Shown here one piece after another: positions 61,348 to 64,000 of a stretch of DNA of 64,000 bases. The stretch is from Okamejei kenojei (lineage: Eukaryota): contig CM069162.1 of NCBI GenBank assembly GCA_035221665.1, positions 17,856,001-17,920,000 of the forward strand, read 5' to 3'. A model generated the notes under the pieces. The model was not told the origin of the DNA, made no database searches, and saw nothing but the letters and a program-made list of their open reading frames with translations. A program made the position numbers and the translations under genes. Positions within the stretch are counted from its first letter, which is position 1. Every line of letters begins with the position of its first letter.

Positions 61348-62478
61348 CAGGCACGTGCCGTCGGGGTAGGCAAGGTAGGCACTGCCTACCCTGACTAAAA
61401 TTATAACATGGTAATAACTAAATATAAATAGTAAAGGCATGGGAGAATTATGCCTATGTAAGAGATCGATCTCTTAGGTAGGCATAATTCTCCATGCCTT
61501 TCATCCGCAGCGCTTGTAACACGGGAAGCTCTGTGCAACCCACGTGCCGTCAGCGCTGCCTGAAGCCGTCAATAATAATCGGGGCTGAAGGCAGCAGAAA
61601 TTCTGCCTTTGCAGCACTGCGCATAGGTCACATGCGCATGCGCGGGGTTTTATGGTTTGTGCAAATATGGTTTGTCAATATTTTAAGTGTATGTTAGGTA
61701 ACAAAGAGAGAAGAATGGAGCTTGTGTACCAATAATGTGGTAAGTACATTTTGTTTTTATGTTTTTAAATACTGGATTTCCTGGGAGGGGGGGGGGGGCA
61801 CTGTAGCTGGGGATAGAAGCAGCTCGGGTAGCTACGAGCGGCCGCCGGTACCCGACAGCAGAACTGGCCGCCACTTCAGCGCCTTCTGCCGGCCCGCTCA
61901 CCTCTGGCAGTGCTCTCCGTCGGAACACCTGTCACCTGCCGTTCGCCGACTTCGCTCATGTCAGCGGCTTCCTGCAAAACCTTAAATTCCCACAGTCAAG
62001 TAACCTCAATCGCGCTGTCGGAATTTAAGGACATGAGTGAGGCCAGCGAGTGGCAGGAGAGTGGTTTGTAGACGGAGAGCTGCCAGAGGTGAGCGGGGAC
62101 CGGCAGAAGGAGCTAAGGTGGCGACTGGTTCCGCTGCCTGGCCCAGCGGCCGCTCCCCCCCCCCCCCCCCCCCCCCCCTCCCCCTGGCCTCAATGCGGTG
62201 GCATTCCACTCCTCCGTGCAAGGGGCATTATCCCAATCCCCTCATTCATAACATTTGTGCCCTCCCCACAACTTTACCCCGGGCCAGACTATCCAAACAC
62301 TGTGAAAGGAACTGTTCTCCCAATTGGTCTAGGACTAGGAAACCTTGGGCAAATTGAAATGTCACTGTTTTATTTATTTATTTACTTAACGGAGCGAACA
62401 ATCTGCGCATACGCGGTTTAATATTTTTTTTAGTGGACTGAATGCCTACCCTGAGTAATTACTCACGGCACGTGCCTG
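61348..62478. mobile_element. Non-autonomous hAT-superfamily DNA transposon
   Basis: Perfect 14-bp TIR CAGGCACGTGCCGT / ACGGCACGTGCCTG; perfect 8-bp TSD TCCCAAAG at 61340-61347 and 62479-62486; repeated TAGGCA/TGCCTA subterminal motifs; no transposase ORF. Confidence 0.92.
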
Positions 62479-62508
62479 TCCCAAAGGCAGGTTGGATGAC
62501 CACTTGAA

Positions 62509-62658
62509 NNNNNNNNNNNNNNNNNNNNNNNNNNNNNNNNNNNNNNNNNNNNNNNNNNNNNNNNNNNNNNNNNNNNNNNNNNNNNNNNNNNNNNNNNNNN
62601 NNNNNNNNNNNNNNNNNNNNNNNNNNNNNNNNNNNNNNNNNNNNNNNNNNNNNNNNNN
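62509..62658. other. Assembly gap (N run)
   Basis: 150 N bases. Confidence 1.
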
Positions 62659-63520
62659 TGCATGGAAGCAAGAGAATCAAAGGATTTTATGGCCATTGGA
62701 AAGATGGCAGGTACAGGAGAATGAGGGAATGACACAATTGCATTGGACTGCTCGGACAGCCAGCACAGGCTTGATGGGGTGATTGGCCTTATTCAACGTC
62801 ATAAGGAAATATAAGGACATAACATCAGAGCTAAATATGAAAATCTGCAATAAACTACTGAATCAATTAACTACTGTTGGGTCAAAATCCAGACCGTAGA
62901 ACCCAACAATGGGAATCCCTTCTCACCACGGACTGTCCTAATTCAAGGCCACTGTTAAGAGTGCTAGTTAAATCCTGGATTTGTCAACAATACCCGTGTC
63001 AGATAAATACATAAAAGCCAAGTTTAAGTCGGTTTTTACATAATGTAAACAGGTTACAGCGTGACTGAGCAACTGAAATTTCTAAGTGCAATTACTCCAA
63101 TTTTCTTTTTAAAATATTCAGCATTATCTTCAACATTTTGAGATCTGGAACACATTGGAAAATTACAATTCTCCAGTCTCCAGCACTTAAATATATAGTG
63201 TGAACATTATATCCAGAATGCTTTTCTGAGGTCAGTTTCAAACACTGCACGAGGGCATCTCGTCATGTGGTTCTGTGTTAAATTGCATTTGGTTATGCCC
63301 ATGTAAAGTACCTTGTTAGATATGTTATAAACTATCATATAAATTCATGTTGTCCTTAAAGAATTAGAAATATGCTATGTAGAAGGCTATGAACATAGAT
63401 TTCTATAACTAGTTATAGAAAGCAGAGAGATCCAGGCTGTTTAAATCATAAACCTTCAGGCAATTTTAAGACTGATGACAAGAATGACAGGAAGGCTATG
63501 AACTGATAAATGGTGCTCAC

Positions 63521-63607
63521 TTTAATCAAGGCAAATATGTCATCCATATAGGGTCGAATGTGAATCTTCACAAAGGAAACAAGCATTCCCAGCTGCTGGA
63601 ACAAAAA
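63521..63607 (-). CDS. MTOR: mTOR coding exon (human exon 20 equivalent)
   Basis: Minus strand reads FLFQQLGMLVSFVKIHIRPYMDDIFALIK; ttgcAG acceptor, GTgagc donor; 87 bp, phase 0/0. Confidence 0.95.
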
Positions 63608-64000
63608 CTGCAAGAAAACAAAAATTATATAAATAGTTTAGACATAAATGTTCTCAACTGAAAATTATAATTACATACATGATAAAAAAATTACATTCTT
63701 TCCCACGACTTTGTAATAAATAAATTGTACTACTTTTACATGGCAACCACAAAATTCAACAAAGCCCCAGATAATCGGTTTTAAATGTGCTAAACTGTAG
63801 AGACAAGCAGGAATAAGCCTGACACTAGGTCATCCAACAAAGTACAAACGGAAAATGTCAATAAATTCATAAATCGCATATTCCTCCCTTGCTTCTTGGA
63901 AGACCCCGATGTAGATTTCATCAAGTTCAGGGGATTGGTACACCTTAATAACTAGTGCATCAATAACTTACATTTCCACTCTCCCAATACACATGTGTTC

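Noticed and set aside
61683-62421. GC- and proline-rich ORFs
   Set aside because: They lie inside the non-autonomous hAT element and arise from C/G runs and inverted duplications; no transposase motifs.

Overview
Eukaryotic vertebrate genomic DNA. The repeat families suggest a cartilaginous fish, probably a skate or ray (inference). The minus strand carries ten consecutive internal coding exons of MTOR, equivalent to human exons 20-29 (late HEAT repeats into the start of the FAT domain), all with GT-AG boundaries and matching phases. A complete five-exon ANGPTL7 gene (348 aa) lies on the plus strand inside the 36.9-kb intron between the exon-28 and exon-29 equivalents, the same nesting known in mammals. 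The introns are rich in transposons: a Rex1/Babar-like LINE, CR1 3' ends, an RTE fragment, tRNA-derived V-SINE-like SINEs, a decayed Tc1, PIF/Harbinger MITEs, a non-autonomous hAT and a non-autonomous Helitron. The most notable signal is an abundant short element (about 15 copies) with a minimal hammerhead-ribozyme-like core, CTGAAGA-A-GGGTC-TC-GACCC-GAAAC-GTC. It occurs alongside Penelope-like ORF remnants and often forms target-site-duplicated inverted dimers. A decayed duplicate of the 5' part of ANGPTL7 exon 4, interrupted by one of these elements, sits in intron 3. All homology calls rest on motif recognition and recalled sequences; no search was run.
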